From a virus: a stretch of 64,000 bases of DNA. This document shows, in pieces, positions 55,047 to 63,433 of the stretch (positions are counted from its first letter, which is position 1; each line of letters starts with the position of its first letter). The translations under genes and the position numbers were made by a program. The DNA lies in IMG/VR virus record IMGVR_UViG_3300008107_000029, positions 1 to 64,000 of that record, one strand, 5' to 3'. Under the pieces are notes generated by a model, which was given only the letters and a program-made list of their open reading frames with translations, ran no database searches and was not told the origin of the DNA.

Positions 55047-55367
55047 TTAACCTAATGCTGAACGCATATTCTGTAGCAACTCACGCTCAAACGGATCTAG
55101 GTCATATAGGTCCATATTTAAACCTTTGTCCGTTAACCTAAAGATCCACTCTGCTGTATCTGACATAGAAACATCAACCATATCCTTGGTCCACAGTTCA
55201 AACATCATCATTGAAATGTCTTCAATATAAGAATGGTATAGTTCTGGTGCAATCTCAGCACACTTCTCAGTGATGCTAAACCTATACTCACCGTCATCGT
55301 TTAGAGCAACTATTTCAATTGCTCCAGCCTCAATGAGGTACTGGATGTAGAGATCCTCTTCTTCCAT
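55047..55367 (-). CDS. Hypothetical acidic protein
   Basis: 106-aa ORF. Confidence 0.65.
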   Translation of the reverse strand: MEEEDLYIQYLIEAGAIEIVALNDDGEYRFSITEKCAEIAPELYHSYIEDISMMMFELWTKDMVDVSMSDTAEWIFRLTDKGLNMDLYDLDPFERELLQNMRSALG

Positions 55368-55641
55368 TGCTACGCTTCACTACCTTTCTTCTATCTTTGA
55401 CCTGCCTAACAACCTTTCCATTTTTATCTGGAACTTGATCCGCTTTCCAGTTGTTACACTGTCTGTGGGTCAATCTCAAGTTGTCAATATCCCAAGTGCC
55501 ACCTTTTGATAATGGAATCCAGTGATCTATTGTGGCTGCATCTTTGTCAAAGGGAAGTTGACAAATAAAGCATAGATCTCCGTCTCTGCTTATTAGATAT
55601 TCCAACCGTTCTTTTTTAGTTGCAAATCCTGTATATTCCAT
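55330..55641 (-). CDS. HNH endonuclease
   Basis: RDG..CFIC...TIDHWIPLSKGG....NLRLTHRQCNNWK. Confidence 0.88.
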   Translation of the reverse strand: MEYTGFATKKERLEYLISRDGDLCFICQLPFDKDAATIDHWIPLSKGGTWDIDNLRLTHRQCNNWKADQVPDKNGKVVRQVKDRRKVVKRSNGRRGSLHPVPH

Positions 55642-55650
55642 ACAAGATAA

Positions 55651-55815
55651 TTATACATCTATAAGTTTAAGAACGAACATGCATGGGTCTCCACCATCTT
55701 CCCATTCTTGTTGCTCTTCCTCCGTCATATATGGATCTCCATCGTGTGTATTACAAAAGGCTTCAGACACCCATCCCTTTTCTTGCCCGTAGGCTACCCA
55801 CTCATGAATGTCCAT
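55651..55815 (-). CDS. Small acidic protein (not in ORF track)
   Basis: MDIHEWVAYGQEKGWVSEAFCNTHDG...GGDPC; TAATG coupling. Confidence 0.6.
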   Translation of the reverse strand: MDIHEWVAYGQEKGWVSEAFCNTHDGDPYMTEEEQQEWEDGGDPCMFVLKLIDV

Positions 55816-56075
55816 TACAGACCTAACTCTTTAATAAATCTTGGCTTTGGCATAGCACCAATAACAAACTTAACGATCTCGCCGTCTTCTTCAAGAATGT
55901 ATGTTGGTACTGACTTGATGTTGTATCTTTGAACCATCTCTGCATCAGCATCAATGTCAATCTTTACAATCTTTAAATCTGGGTACTCTTTTTCTAGTTC
56001 GTCAATTACTGGGTTCATCATCTTGCATGGTCCACACCACTCTGCCCAGAAGTCCAACAGGACTCTTTCTTTCAT
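55815..56075 (-). CDS. trxA: Thioredoxin
   Basis: DFWAEWCGPCK, KIDID, I.SVPT. Confidence 0.92.
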   Translation of the reverse strand: MKERVLLDFWAEWCGPCKMMNPVIDELEKEYPDLKIVKIDIDADAEMVQRYNIKSVPTYILEEDGEIVKFVIGAMPKPRFIKELGL

Positions 56076-56113
56076 AATAACCTCCTAAGTTATAGTTATA
56101 TTATACCTACTAG

Positions 56114-56187
56114 CGATACTAAGGGGACTTGAACCCCTGACCTCCACCGTGACAGGGTGGCGTTCTAACCAACTGAACTATAGTACC
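56114..56187 (-). tRNA. tRNA-Asp(GUC)
   Basis: GGTACTA/TAGTATC acceptor, GTTC/GAAC D stem, CCACC-CTGTCAC-GGTGG anticodon arm, AGGGG-TTCAAGT-CCCCT T arm. Confidence 0.92.
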
Positions 56188-56483
56188 TTGCTACGATTAT
56201 ATGTTCTCATCCTGTGACAGTTAGAACATACTATTTCGCACTTTGCTATTTCTTCTAACAACACTTCCATAGGAGTTGCTGTCTTAACCATCTCAGAAAT
56301 GTTAGCAACCTTATCTCTAAGATGATCAAAATCTAAAACTGGTGGTGGGTAGTCAACGTTGCAATCAACACACGTTGGGTGATCTAGTTTGTATTGCCAG
56401 ACAAACTTTCTTCTTTTATTTTTTCTTTGCTCATTTCGGTCAACATAAATATCTTTTGACTTAATGTATTTAAGTTCTGGCAT
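56178..56483 (-). CDS. HNH-type endonuclease
   Basis: CVDC...LDFDH...EIAKCEIVCSNCHRMRT. Confidence 0.8.
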   Translation of the reverse strand: MPELKYIKSKDIYVDRNEQRKNKRRKFVWQYKLDHPTCVDCNVDYPPPVLDFDHLRDKVANISEMVKTATPMEVLLEEIAKCEIVCSNCHRMRTYNRSKVL

Positions 56484-56505
56484 TTATTCCCTATCTAATT
56501 ATAAA

Positions 56506-56532
56506 GAGCAGTTTTGTGTCGTACTCAGGACA
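56506..56532 (-). ncRNA. Compact H-type pseudoknot motif, copy 6
   Basis: UGUC-CUGAGUAC-GACA-CAAAAC-UGCUC on the minus strand, upstream of HNH/tRNA-Asp. Confidence 0.6.
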
Positions 56533-56561
56533 ATTATAGACTATTAGGCAAGGCCTGTCAA
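56533..56561 (-). promoter_or_regulatory. Consensus sigma-A promoter
   Basis: TTGACA-17nt-TATAAT. Confidence 0.7.
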
Positions 56562-56565
56562 GTGT

Positions 56566-57144
56566 TTACTTCTTGGCTGCTGGCTTTGCTGCTTTTGGCT
56601 TTGGTGGTAGTTTAACTGCTAGTGCAGCACCCTCTTCACCAACATAGTTAGGACGACCCCAACCAACTACACCATTGATCAACTTCTTCTTGTTGTCTTT
56701 AACATATGCACGAGTCTTCTCTACGCACATGCCACCATTTCGCTGATCTCCTTTTGCAGTTCCTGAAGTGTTTCCTTCAACAACTTGGATTGTTCCGTCG
56801 CCATTATTTTTTACACAGATACCTACGTGAGATGTTCTGTTGACGCCATCTTCTGGAAAATCAAAATAGATGATATCTCCTGGAGTTGGATCGTCATTAC
56901 GTGCATCTGCCCAACGATTCATTTTCTTAAATGCAGCCTCTCCTGCAGGGGTGTATACGGTATTAGGTACCTTTACTCCTGCTTGGTTAGCACACCACAT
57001 AACAAATGAACCACACCATGGTTGAAAGTTTGCTTTTGTAAACTTACCATACTTTGTTTCATTATCTTTTGGACCCTCAATGGTTCCAACTTCAGCAAGT
57101 GCTACTTCTACAATTCTTGCTGCTGATCCTTGTACTGCTGCCAT
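56566..57144 (-). CDS. CHAP-domain peptidoglycan amidase/endolysin
   Basis: PWCGSFVMW, PGDIIYF, SHVGI, VEGNT. Confidence 0.88.
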   Translation of the reverse strand: MAAVQGSAARIVEVALAEVGTIEGPKDNETKYGKFTKANFQPWCGSFVMWCANQAGVKVPNTVYTPAGEAAFKKMNRWADARNDDPTPGDIIYFDFPEDGVNRTSHVGICVKNNGDGTIQVVEGNTSGTAKGDQRNGGMCVEKTRAYVKDNKKKLINGVVGWGRPNYVGEEGAALAVKLPPKPKAAKPAAKK

Positions 57145-57165
57145 TCTATCTCCTTTTATTTTATA

Positions 57166-57275
57166 GACTGGTGCGAGGTCCTTTTGACCTGCGTCGAATG
57201 GGGAAAGCGTTATGCTGTCTCACCTGCTCTATGGTATGGTAACTATTCATCCTAAGATAAAGCCTCACACCAGCC
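57166..57275 (-). ncRNA. Candidate ~110-nt structured RNA/leader
   Basis: 13-bp closing stem GGCUGGUGUGAGG/CCUCGCACCAGUC with two G-U pairs, starting 6 nt after TGATATAAT. Confidence 0.55.
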
Positions 57276-57287
57276 TTGATTATTATA

Positions 57288-58043
57288 TCACTTATAGGAT
57301 TTTGGAACACGGTAGTGTCTACCGTAAGAACTTACAATCTTTCTAAGCAATCTTTCTAGCCTTATTTGTTGTTCTACTTCAGGGATGTGAGTGATTTCCA
57401 TTTCCCACTCATCCCTTTTAAATGGTATTACTTGAACTATTGGAGTCCCTGCCTCAATAATTCCTTCAAAATCTTTTTGAATAATGAATGGTGGATTCAC
57501 ATCTGTTTCTAACTTATCAGTGTCAACAACACCTGCAATTGTTTTAAAAGGTAGGGAGTTGTAGCCAACTGGATGGATAAACAAAGTTGAGTATCCTGGT
57601 GGCGTCTTTATAATCCAATGCCCACTCCATTTGTATACTTGATCTGAATATCCTTCGGGAATGTCATACCCCTTAAATTGATCAGTGCTCCATCTGGTTA
57701 CTGGGTTGATTGAAGAGGCAAAGAATGCTTCTTGAGTAGTATTGTTTCTATTGGCACCATCTCTATATGCAAATTCTATATCGCAATGAGACTTAATAAT
57801 ATATCCAGCAGTTAATCCATCTAAGATTGGTAAGCATCTTTTTAATCCAACATTTGGAACTCCATTGCCAGAAGACTCACCATTCTTACCATCTCTTCTG
57901 TAAGCCTGCATGCTAAATTTATCTTCACCCCATAAATAATGTGGAAGATCTTTCCACCATTGTGGGATCATTTTAGAAGCAGGTTCTGGCTGTGGAAAAG
58001 CCTGAGTTACTGGAGTTCTAGATTCAAATATAATTTTTGGCAC
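57288..58043 (-). CDS. Conserved phage protein (DUF6065-like), paralog 3
   Basis: PEPASKMIPQWWK, LKRCLPILD...GY, KTPPGYSTLFIHP, GVVDTD, GTPIVQVIPFKR. Confidence 0.6.
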   Translation of the reverse strand: MPKIIFESRTPVTQAFPQPEPASKMIPQWWKDLPHYLWGEDKFSMQAYRRDGKNGESSGNGVPNVGLKRCLPILDGLTAGYIIKSHCDIEFAYRDGANRNNTTQEAFFASSINPVTRWSTDQFKGYDIPEGYSDQVYKWSGHWIIKTPPGYSTLFIHPVGYNSLPFKTIAGVVDTDKLETDVNPPFIIQKDFEGIIEAGTPIVQVIPFKRDEWEMEITHIPEVEQQIRLERLLRKIVSSYGRHYRVPKSYK

Positions 58044-58074
58044 TGCTTACCTTTCGACTTTCTAATTATAACAT

Positions 58075-58106
58075 AAAGGGGATGGGCTGTAAAGCCCACC
58101 CCCTCT
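58075..58106 (-). terminator. Intrinsic terminator after the secreted protein gene
   Basis: GAGGGGGTGGGCT-TTAC-AGCCCATCCCCTTT. Confidence 0.7.
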
Positions 58107-58118
58107 AATATTAAAGGA

Positions 58119-59141
58119 CTACTTAAGTAGTGCTACCTTTGCACGTGGATTCTTTGCGTTCCACTTCTTTGCAAGAGCATTGTACTTAGCCTTGTATGTA
58201 GCAAGTGCTAGATCAGCAGATGCCTTTGCAGTTGTTGCTGCAGTTGTTGCAGTTGCTGAATCGCTTGCACGACCAGCCTTTTCTGTAGCAAGTGCAGAGG
58301 TAAGTTCAAGTACCTTTGCATCTGATGCTGCACGAGCAGTACGCTCTGCTGCAAGTTGAGCAACTAGTGATGCGTTTGTTGTTGCAAGGTCTGCAACATC
58401 TACGAATCTAGTTACTGTCTTAACTGCTGCAGGAAGGCCTACAACATCAGTAGCAGTAATTGCAAACTGAAGTGCTGCACGAGAAGCAGTTGCTGGATAT
58501 GTAATGTTAACCTTAGAAACTCCAGTTGCTGTATCAGATGCAGATACTGTTCCTGCTGTTGCTCCAATTGCTGTAACTACTGGAGTTGTTGCAGATGGAA
58601 CGTTTCCAAAAACATCTGAGACCTTAACTTGTGCTTCTACGATTGAAGAGGTGCTTACTGAGTCAAGCGTTGTTACAACTAGGTTGTACGCTGGACCAGC
58701 AGTTCCCTTTACATAGTAAACGAAAGAATTTCCCTTTACATTGATTGTTACAGTTCCAACTGCTGTAGTTTTAGTATATACATAAAACTCTGCTGTAGAT
58801 CCAGTTCCTGTATTAACAGACCATGTTGATGATCCTGATGCAGAAGTTACTGGAGCAGCATCTGTATGGAGTGCTGTTACGATTGTAGCATTTGTTGCAA
58901 CTGCAGTGACTGCAGTTCCTGTCTCAATGCCACTGATGGCAAAACGAACTGCATCTGCAGCGTCTACCTTGTTATCTGATGGAACAGTAACTACTGCTGC
59001 ACCAGCCTGTGTGTTTGCGTCGTTATCGGCAACTGTTGCTACCGTAAGTACGACTGTTGGAACGTTTGCACTTGCAGATGTTGCAAGCAAAACTGATCCT
59101 AGAAGTGCAGTTACTACTGCACCGATTGTCATTTTCTTCAT
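58119..59141 (-). CDS. Secreted Ala/Thr/Val-rich surface protein with a C-terminal coiled coil
   Basis: Signal peptide MKKMTIGAVVTALLGSVLLATSASA; Ig-like beta segments; basic C-terminal helix; own promoter and terminator. Confidence 0.7.
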   Translation of the reverse strand: MKKMTIGAVVTALLGSVLLATSASANVPTVVLTVATVADNDANTQAGAAVVTVPSDNKVDAADAVRFAISGIETGTAVTAVATNATIVTALHTDAAPVTSASGSSTWSVNTGTGSTAEFYVYTKTTAVGTVTINVKGNSFVYYVKGTAGPAYNLVVTTLDSVSTSSIVEAQVKVSDVFGNVPSATTPVVTAIGATAGTVSASDTATGVSKVNITYPATASRAALQFAITATDVVGLPAAVKTVTRFVDVADLATTNASLVAQLAAERTARAASDAKVLELTSALATEKAGRASDSATATTAATTAKASADLALATYKAKYNALAKKWNAKNPRAKVALLK

Positions 59142-59234
59142 TATTACCTTTCGATTGGTTTTGTATTTGGCATGATTGCCAGATACTATTATAGCCTATT
59201 GACGTTTTACATGTCAAATAGGAATCTTATATTA

Positions 59235-59435
59235 CTAGATCGTGTCTCTTTCGTCTAGTATCTCAAGCATGAAACTCATCATTTTAGCATATCCAATTGG
59301 GTCATCAACTATGGCGTTATAGTGGTGTCCACAAAATAGCAGTTCACCAGTGATACCTTTGACCTTAACATAGGCCTGTGCCCCACAGGAGTCACATCTG
59401 TCTGTAGCATTAAGAACTTTGATTATTGTTTCCAT
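59235..59435 (-). CDS. Small zinc-binding protein
   Basis: DRCDSCGAQAYV...LLFCGHH. Confidence 0.7.
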   Translation of the reverse strand: METIIKVLNATDRCDSCGAQAYVKVKGITGELLFCGHHYNAIVDDPIGYAKMMSFMLEILDERDTI

Positions 59436-59471
59436 GGCTTAATTATCCCATCCTTTATTGGATATGTCAAG

Positions 59472-60110
59472 TCAGTGCCTATAGTAGTTTGAATACCAGA
59501 TGTCAGTGTATCCTTTAATTGATTCAAAGTCCATTGACCTAAGAGACTCTTCGTCTGGAAAATACTTTAATGTAAAGTTATCCCAGTTTTCTTTTGTTGC
59601 CTGATCAAAGTGGAAATCTAAACTTATTAAAAACATTAGTTCCATAGACCAAGACCAAAAAGTTTTATGAGGGATCTGGCTAGCAATTTCTTTCATGTTC
59701 TTTAAACAGTCTTCTGGATCTTCTAACTCATAGTGATCTAACAGAAGGGCATCAAATGTTTCCTGAGTTTTAAAGTTATTAATGTCTTCATTGATAATGG
59801 TAACATTACTTGGAAGGATGTTTGTATTAAGAAACATATCAATAACTTCTTTAGATGATTCTACTACGGTAACAGAGTTTACTCCTTTTTTTTGAGCCAC
59901 CCACAAAGCAAGAATTCCAAAACCAAGACCAGACATCAGTACGTTGCCAGTTGCTAGGTCGTATGAAGAATAAAGATCTTCAATTTCGTCCAAATTCTTT
60001 TTACCTAAAACCATCCATTGCCTATCATCATTAAACAAATAATAATTGATATCATCTTCGGTTATTCTAACCTTGTTAATTTTTGATGGAATTATATTAA
60101 ACTTTGGCAC
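59472..60110 (-). CDS. Class I SAM-dependent methyltransferase-like protein
   Basis: GNVLMSGLGFG, VTVVE, IINED, FDALLLDH. Confidence 0.75.
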   Translation of the reverse strand: MPKFNIIPSKINKVRITEDDINYYLFNDDRQWMVLGKKNLDEIEDLYSSYDLATGNVLMSGLGFGILALWVAQKKGVNSVTVVESSKEVIDMFLNTNILPSNVTIINEDINNFKTQETFDALLLDHYELEDPEDCLKNMKEIASQIPHKTFWSWSMELMFLISLDFHFDQATKENWDNFTLKYFPDEESLRSMDFESIKGYTDIWYSNYYRH

Positions 60111-60173
60111 TGTATTTAAATCAAAAATAATCTAGCCACCTTCCATAAATAATTGGTTAGTGGCTAAATTATA

Positions 60174-60488
60174 CTACTTATTTGCTTTCTTGTCAACTGC
60201 ACTGAATGCTTCGTTAATCTCAGAAGCACTTAACTTACCGTCATCTAGGAACGCTCTTGCTAGTTTTTCAACTACTGTAGCGACTCCAAGAGTTCCAGCC
60301 ATAATTACTGCTGTGATTGTATCGATTCCAACTAGGGAACCTGCACCTATGATTGATAGTCCTGACGCTGCAAAAACTGCAATGATTCTCATAAGAATAT
60401 TCCATAGGTTAGTTACGGCTGTTGAGCCAATAACTTCTTCTCCTGTAGTAGGATCAGTAATCGTTACGTCTACTTTCTTTCTTGCCAT
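60174..60488 (-). CDS. Membrane protein (holin-like)
   Basis: Two TM segments followed by DDGKLSASEIN. Confidence 0.65.
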   Translation of the reverse strand: MARKKVDVTITDPTTGEEVIGSTAVTNLWNILMRIIAVFAASGLSIIGAGSLVGIDTITAVIMAGTLGVATVVEKLARAFLDDGKLSASEINEAFSAVDKKANK

Positions 60489-60490
60489 AT

Positions 60491-60661
60491 TTACTCCTCC
60501 TCTCTATTACGAATTGGATAACTTAATATCCAAGTCGTCATGGTTATTAATATTCCGTAACCAACTACGGTCTTTGCAGACCCGTCTAAAACAACCCAGG
60601 CAATAAACATACCAAGGAGAGTCCATTGTTGATCTAGGATATCTTTTATTAGTTTTACCAT
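60491..60661 (-). CDS. Small membrane protein (not in ORF track)
   Basis: MVKLIKDILDQQWTLLGMFIAWVVLDGSAKTVVGYGILI..W; coupled to both neighbours. Confidence 0.65.
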   Translation of the reverse strand: MVKLIKDILDQQWTLLGMFIAWVVLDGSAKTVVGYGILITMTTWILSYPIRNREEE

Positions 60662-62916
60662 TTTCCATTCCTCCTTGTAGCACCTGAATTTGTTCCACCA
60701 CTAGGTCCACCACCTGATGATCCACCACCTGCTGGTGAAGAACCACCTGCTGCAAGGCCAACAGCATTCAATGCTGCTCCCGTTGCCACAACTGTTGCTA
60801 CAACCATATCTGTAGCCTCTTCTCTTTCTTCTGCAGTCATATCTGCACCAATACTTCCTAGTGCTGCTAATGCTGCTCCTGGATCTGTAAACGCTGCTTC
60901 TAATAATGCACCTGGATCTTGAACAAGTTCAACATTTGCAGCAACCTGGGCTGTAATAATTAATGCGTTTCCGTTTTCATCTGTACGAACTTCAACTGGT
61001 GTTGAAGGTGGTAGGTCTGAATAAGAAACTCCAGATGCTTTAATATCTGCAGCAGATAAAGATTCTCCAGGCTTGAGATCTTCAAGCAACGAAGCAACAA
61101 CAACTTCTTTTTGTTCTTCAGTTAATTCCTTACCTTCTTTTGCATCTTCAAGAATCTTATCTAGTTTTTCTTCTTCAGCCTTTGCTGCTTCCTCCTCAGC
61201 CTTAGCGTTTTCTAATTCTTTTTCTTTTGCTTCAGCCTCTGCTTTAGCATCTTCTGCTGCTTGTTTAGCAGCCTCTTCTTCTGCTTTCTTTGCTTCTGCT
61301 TCAGCCTTTGCATCTTCCTCTGCCTGTCGTGCTGCCTCTGCTTCTGCTTCTAATCTTTCTGCCTCTGCTTTTTCAGCATCAGCCTTTGCCTTTGCTGCTT
61401 CTTCTTCTGCAGCAATTCTGTCAGCCTCTGCTTTTGCTGCAGCCTCTTCTGCTGCTATACGATCAGCCTCTGCTTTGGCTGCTGCTTCCTCTGCTGCGAT
61501 TCTATCTGCTTCTGCTTTTGCTGCTGCTGCCTCTGCAGCAAGTCTTGCTTGTTCTGCTTGATATGCTTGCTCTGCAGCAATACGTGCATTCTCTGCTGCG
61601 ATTGCAGCAAGTCTTGCAGCCTCTGCTGCTGCAGCAGCCTGTCGTGCTGCTTCTTCTTCTGCTAGTTTGCTATCAACTGCTGCATCTGCTGCTGAAACTG
61701 CAGCATTCATATTTGAAATAGCAGGAGCAATTGCTGAGATTGCTTGAGTTGTTGCATTGGTAGCAGATGTTAAATTATTTATTGCTACTGTTGCAGACTC
61801 ATTTTTTTGTGTTGCAATATTTTGTGCACTAGTCTGTTGTCCAATATATGTATTTAAAACTTGAGTGTCTGTTACAAGAGTCTGCTTGGCAGTCTCCAGT
61901 GCTTGAACCAATGCTGGATCTTGAGTTGTTGTGATGGTTGAAAATGCTGATGCCTGTGGAAATGTAAAGTAACCAGTTCCGTTAGCACGAAAAATTAACC
62001 ATCCTAAATGAACTTCTGCCCCTCCACCATTTTCATAATACCAAAGAACAAAATCTTGCTTCTTGTCTGTAGAAACATCATATGTTTGGCTATAAGGACT
62101 ATAAGATGTTCCTTGATCTACCCAGTTGTTAATTGCTACCTGACCATCAATATAAAGTCTAGTTCCATCATCTGCATATGTGTTATATCTAACTAGGGCT
62201 GCTTCTTCTGGAAGTGTGATGGTTCCTTCAAACTTAACTATAACTCGGTCAACTTTTCCTGAGTTAAGAACCTGACCACCTTCCCAAACATGAGAAAGAG
62301 ATGCAACAGTTGTTGTTGAAAGTGGGGTTGTGCTTGCTGTAGGTAGTTGAGCGTTTGGATTTCCACTGTATTCGTAGGTAGTTGCCTTGACACCGTTTAC
62401 AACAGTTTCAACTACTGAAGCATTAACTGCAGCCTGAGCAGATGTTACAGTTGCACTGTCTGAGGCTACAATTTGAGTTTGAGTATTGACCCTAGCAGTG
62501 GCTGTCTCTACATTTGCAAGGGCTATATTCTTTTCTTGCACTGCTGCATTTGCTACAACGGTTGCAGATTCTTGATTAGCAATAGCCACAGTAGCACTAT
62601 CAACTACTGCCTTGGCCTGTTGTATTGAGTTCTGAGCCTCTGTGATAGTGGCTGTAACAGTCTCTGTAGGCTGTGTGATGGCTGTTGCTTGTGTTTGGAT
62701 CAACGCCGTTGCTGTTTCAGCCTGAGTTATAGCAACCTGGGCTGCCTCTATAGTGGCTGTTGGCGTTAAGATTATAGTTGTGGCAGTAGATGATTCTGAG
62801 GGGGTTATTTGGACAGTGGTAACTTCTTCAGCGTAGGCTTCTTTTTGTGATAATAGTAGTAGCCAAAACACCAACAATGTTGTTATAAATGCTGACCTTA
62901 GTACTAATCTCTTAAT
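60655..62916 (-). CDS. Secreted PA14-domain protein with a long Ala/Glu coiled-coil stalk
   Basis: ADDGTRLYIDG...NW.DQG, YYENGGGA...LGW (PA14); AEADRIAAEEAAAK repeats; ATT start inferred. Confidence 0.75.
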   Translation of the reverse strand: MKRLVLRSAFITTLLVFWLLLLSQKEAYAEEVTTVQITPSESSTATTIILTPTATIEAAQVAITQAETATALIQTQATAITQPTETVTATITEAQNSIQQAKAVVDSATVAIANQESATVVANAAVQEKNIALANVETATARVNTQTQIVASDSATVTSAQAAVNASVVETVVNGVKATTYEYSGNPNAQLPTASTTPLSTTTVASLSHVWEGGQVLNSGKVDRVIVKFEGTITLPEEAALVRYNTYADDGTRLYIDGQVAINNWVDQGTSYSPYSQTYDVSTDKKQDFVLWYYENGGGAEVHLGWLIFRANGTGYFTFPQASAFSTITTTQDPALVQALETAKQTLVTDTQVLNTYIGQQTSAQNIATQKNESATVAINNLTSATNATTQAISAIAPAISNMNAAVSAADAAVDSKLAEEEAARQAAAAAEAARLAAIAAENARIAAEQAYQAEQARLAAEAAAAKAEADRIAAEEAAAKAEADRIAAEEAAAKAEADRIAAEEEAAKAKADAEKAEAERLEAEAEAARQAEEDAKAEAEAKKAEEEAAKQAAEDAKAEAEAKEKELENAKAEEEAAKAEEEKLDKILEDAKEGKELTEEQKEVVVASLLEDLKPGESLSAADIKASGVSYSDLPPSTPVEVRTDENGNALIITAQVAANVELVQDPGALLEAAFTDPGAALAALGSIGADMTAEEREEATDMVVATVVATGAALNAVGLAAGGSSPAGGGSSGGGPSGGTNSGATRRNGKW
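61391..61530 (-). repeat. 42-bp (14-aa) coding tandem repeat
   Basis: (AAAK)AEADRIAAEE x3. Confidence 0.75.
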
Positions 62917-63014
62917 CCTTTTCTCCTAGATGCCATAAGAATGACATACAAGTTAATTATACAATAAATAGGATAGTGAGTTCAGAAAACCCACTACCCT
63001 ATTTTGTTAATTGA

Positions 63015-63413
63015 TTAAGATGCAAGAATTGCTGCAGGATCAATATCCTGTCCAGCACTCCATTTAATATTTGATCTCATTTCAAAGTGAAGATGAGGAC
63101 CAGAAGAATTTCCTGTATTCCCAGATTTTCCTATGACCTGTCCTTTCTTTACTGTAGCACCAGGCTTGACATCTGCTGCAGATAGATGAGCATAAATTAC
63201 CCAACCACCTGAAACTTTTTGTACTAATTGTGTACCATAACTGGCTCCCCAGTTAGCATTTTCAATCTTTCCATCTGCTACTGCAACAATTGGTGTTCCT
63301 CCTGGAACTGCAAAATCCACACCTGTGTGGTAGCCTTTGCTCCACATCTTACCAAGTTTCTTGTAAGGTGTAGTAATTTTGCCATTTGTAATTGGTAGAC
63401 CCAAAGTGAGCAC
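63015..63413 (-). CDS. M23-family peptidase
   Basis: HTGVDF, YAHLS, GNTGNSSGPHLHFE. Confidence 0.92.
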   Translation of the reverse strand: MLTLGLPITNGKITTPYKKLGKMWSKGYHTGVDFAVPGGTPIVAVADGKIENANWGASYGTQLVQKVSGGWVIYAHLSAADVKPGATVKKGQVIGKSGNTGNSSGPHLHFEMRSNIKWSAGQDIDPAAILAS

Positions 63414-63433
63414 CCCCTTTCATTAACATCCTA

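Noticed and set aside
57166-57275. c-di-AMP (ydaO) riboswitch, tRNA or SRP RNA upstream of the cell-wall hydrolase
   Set aside because: Lacks the GCUGAAUC/GGAACC/GUCAGCUAACC ydaO blocks, a T-loop cloverleaf and the SRP domain IV motif
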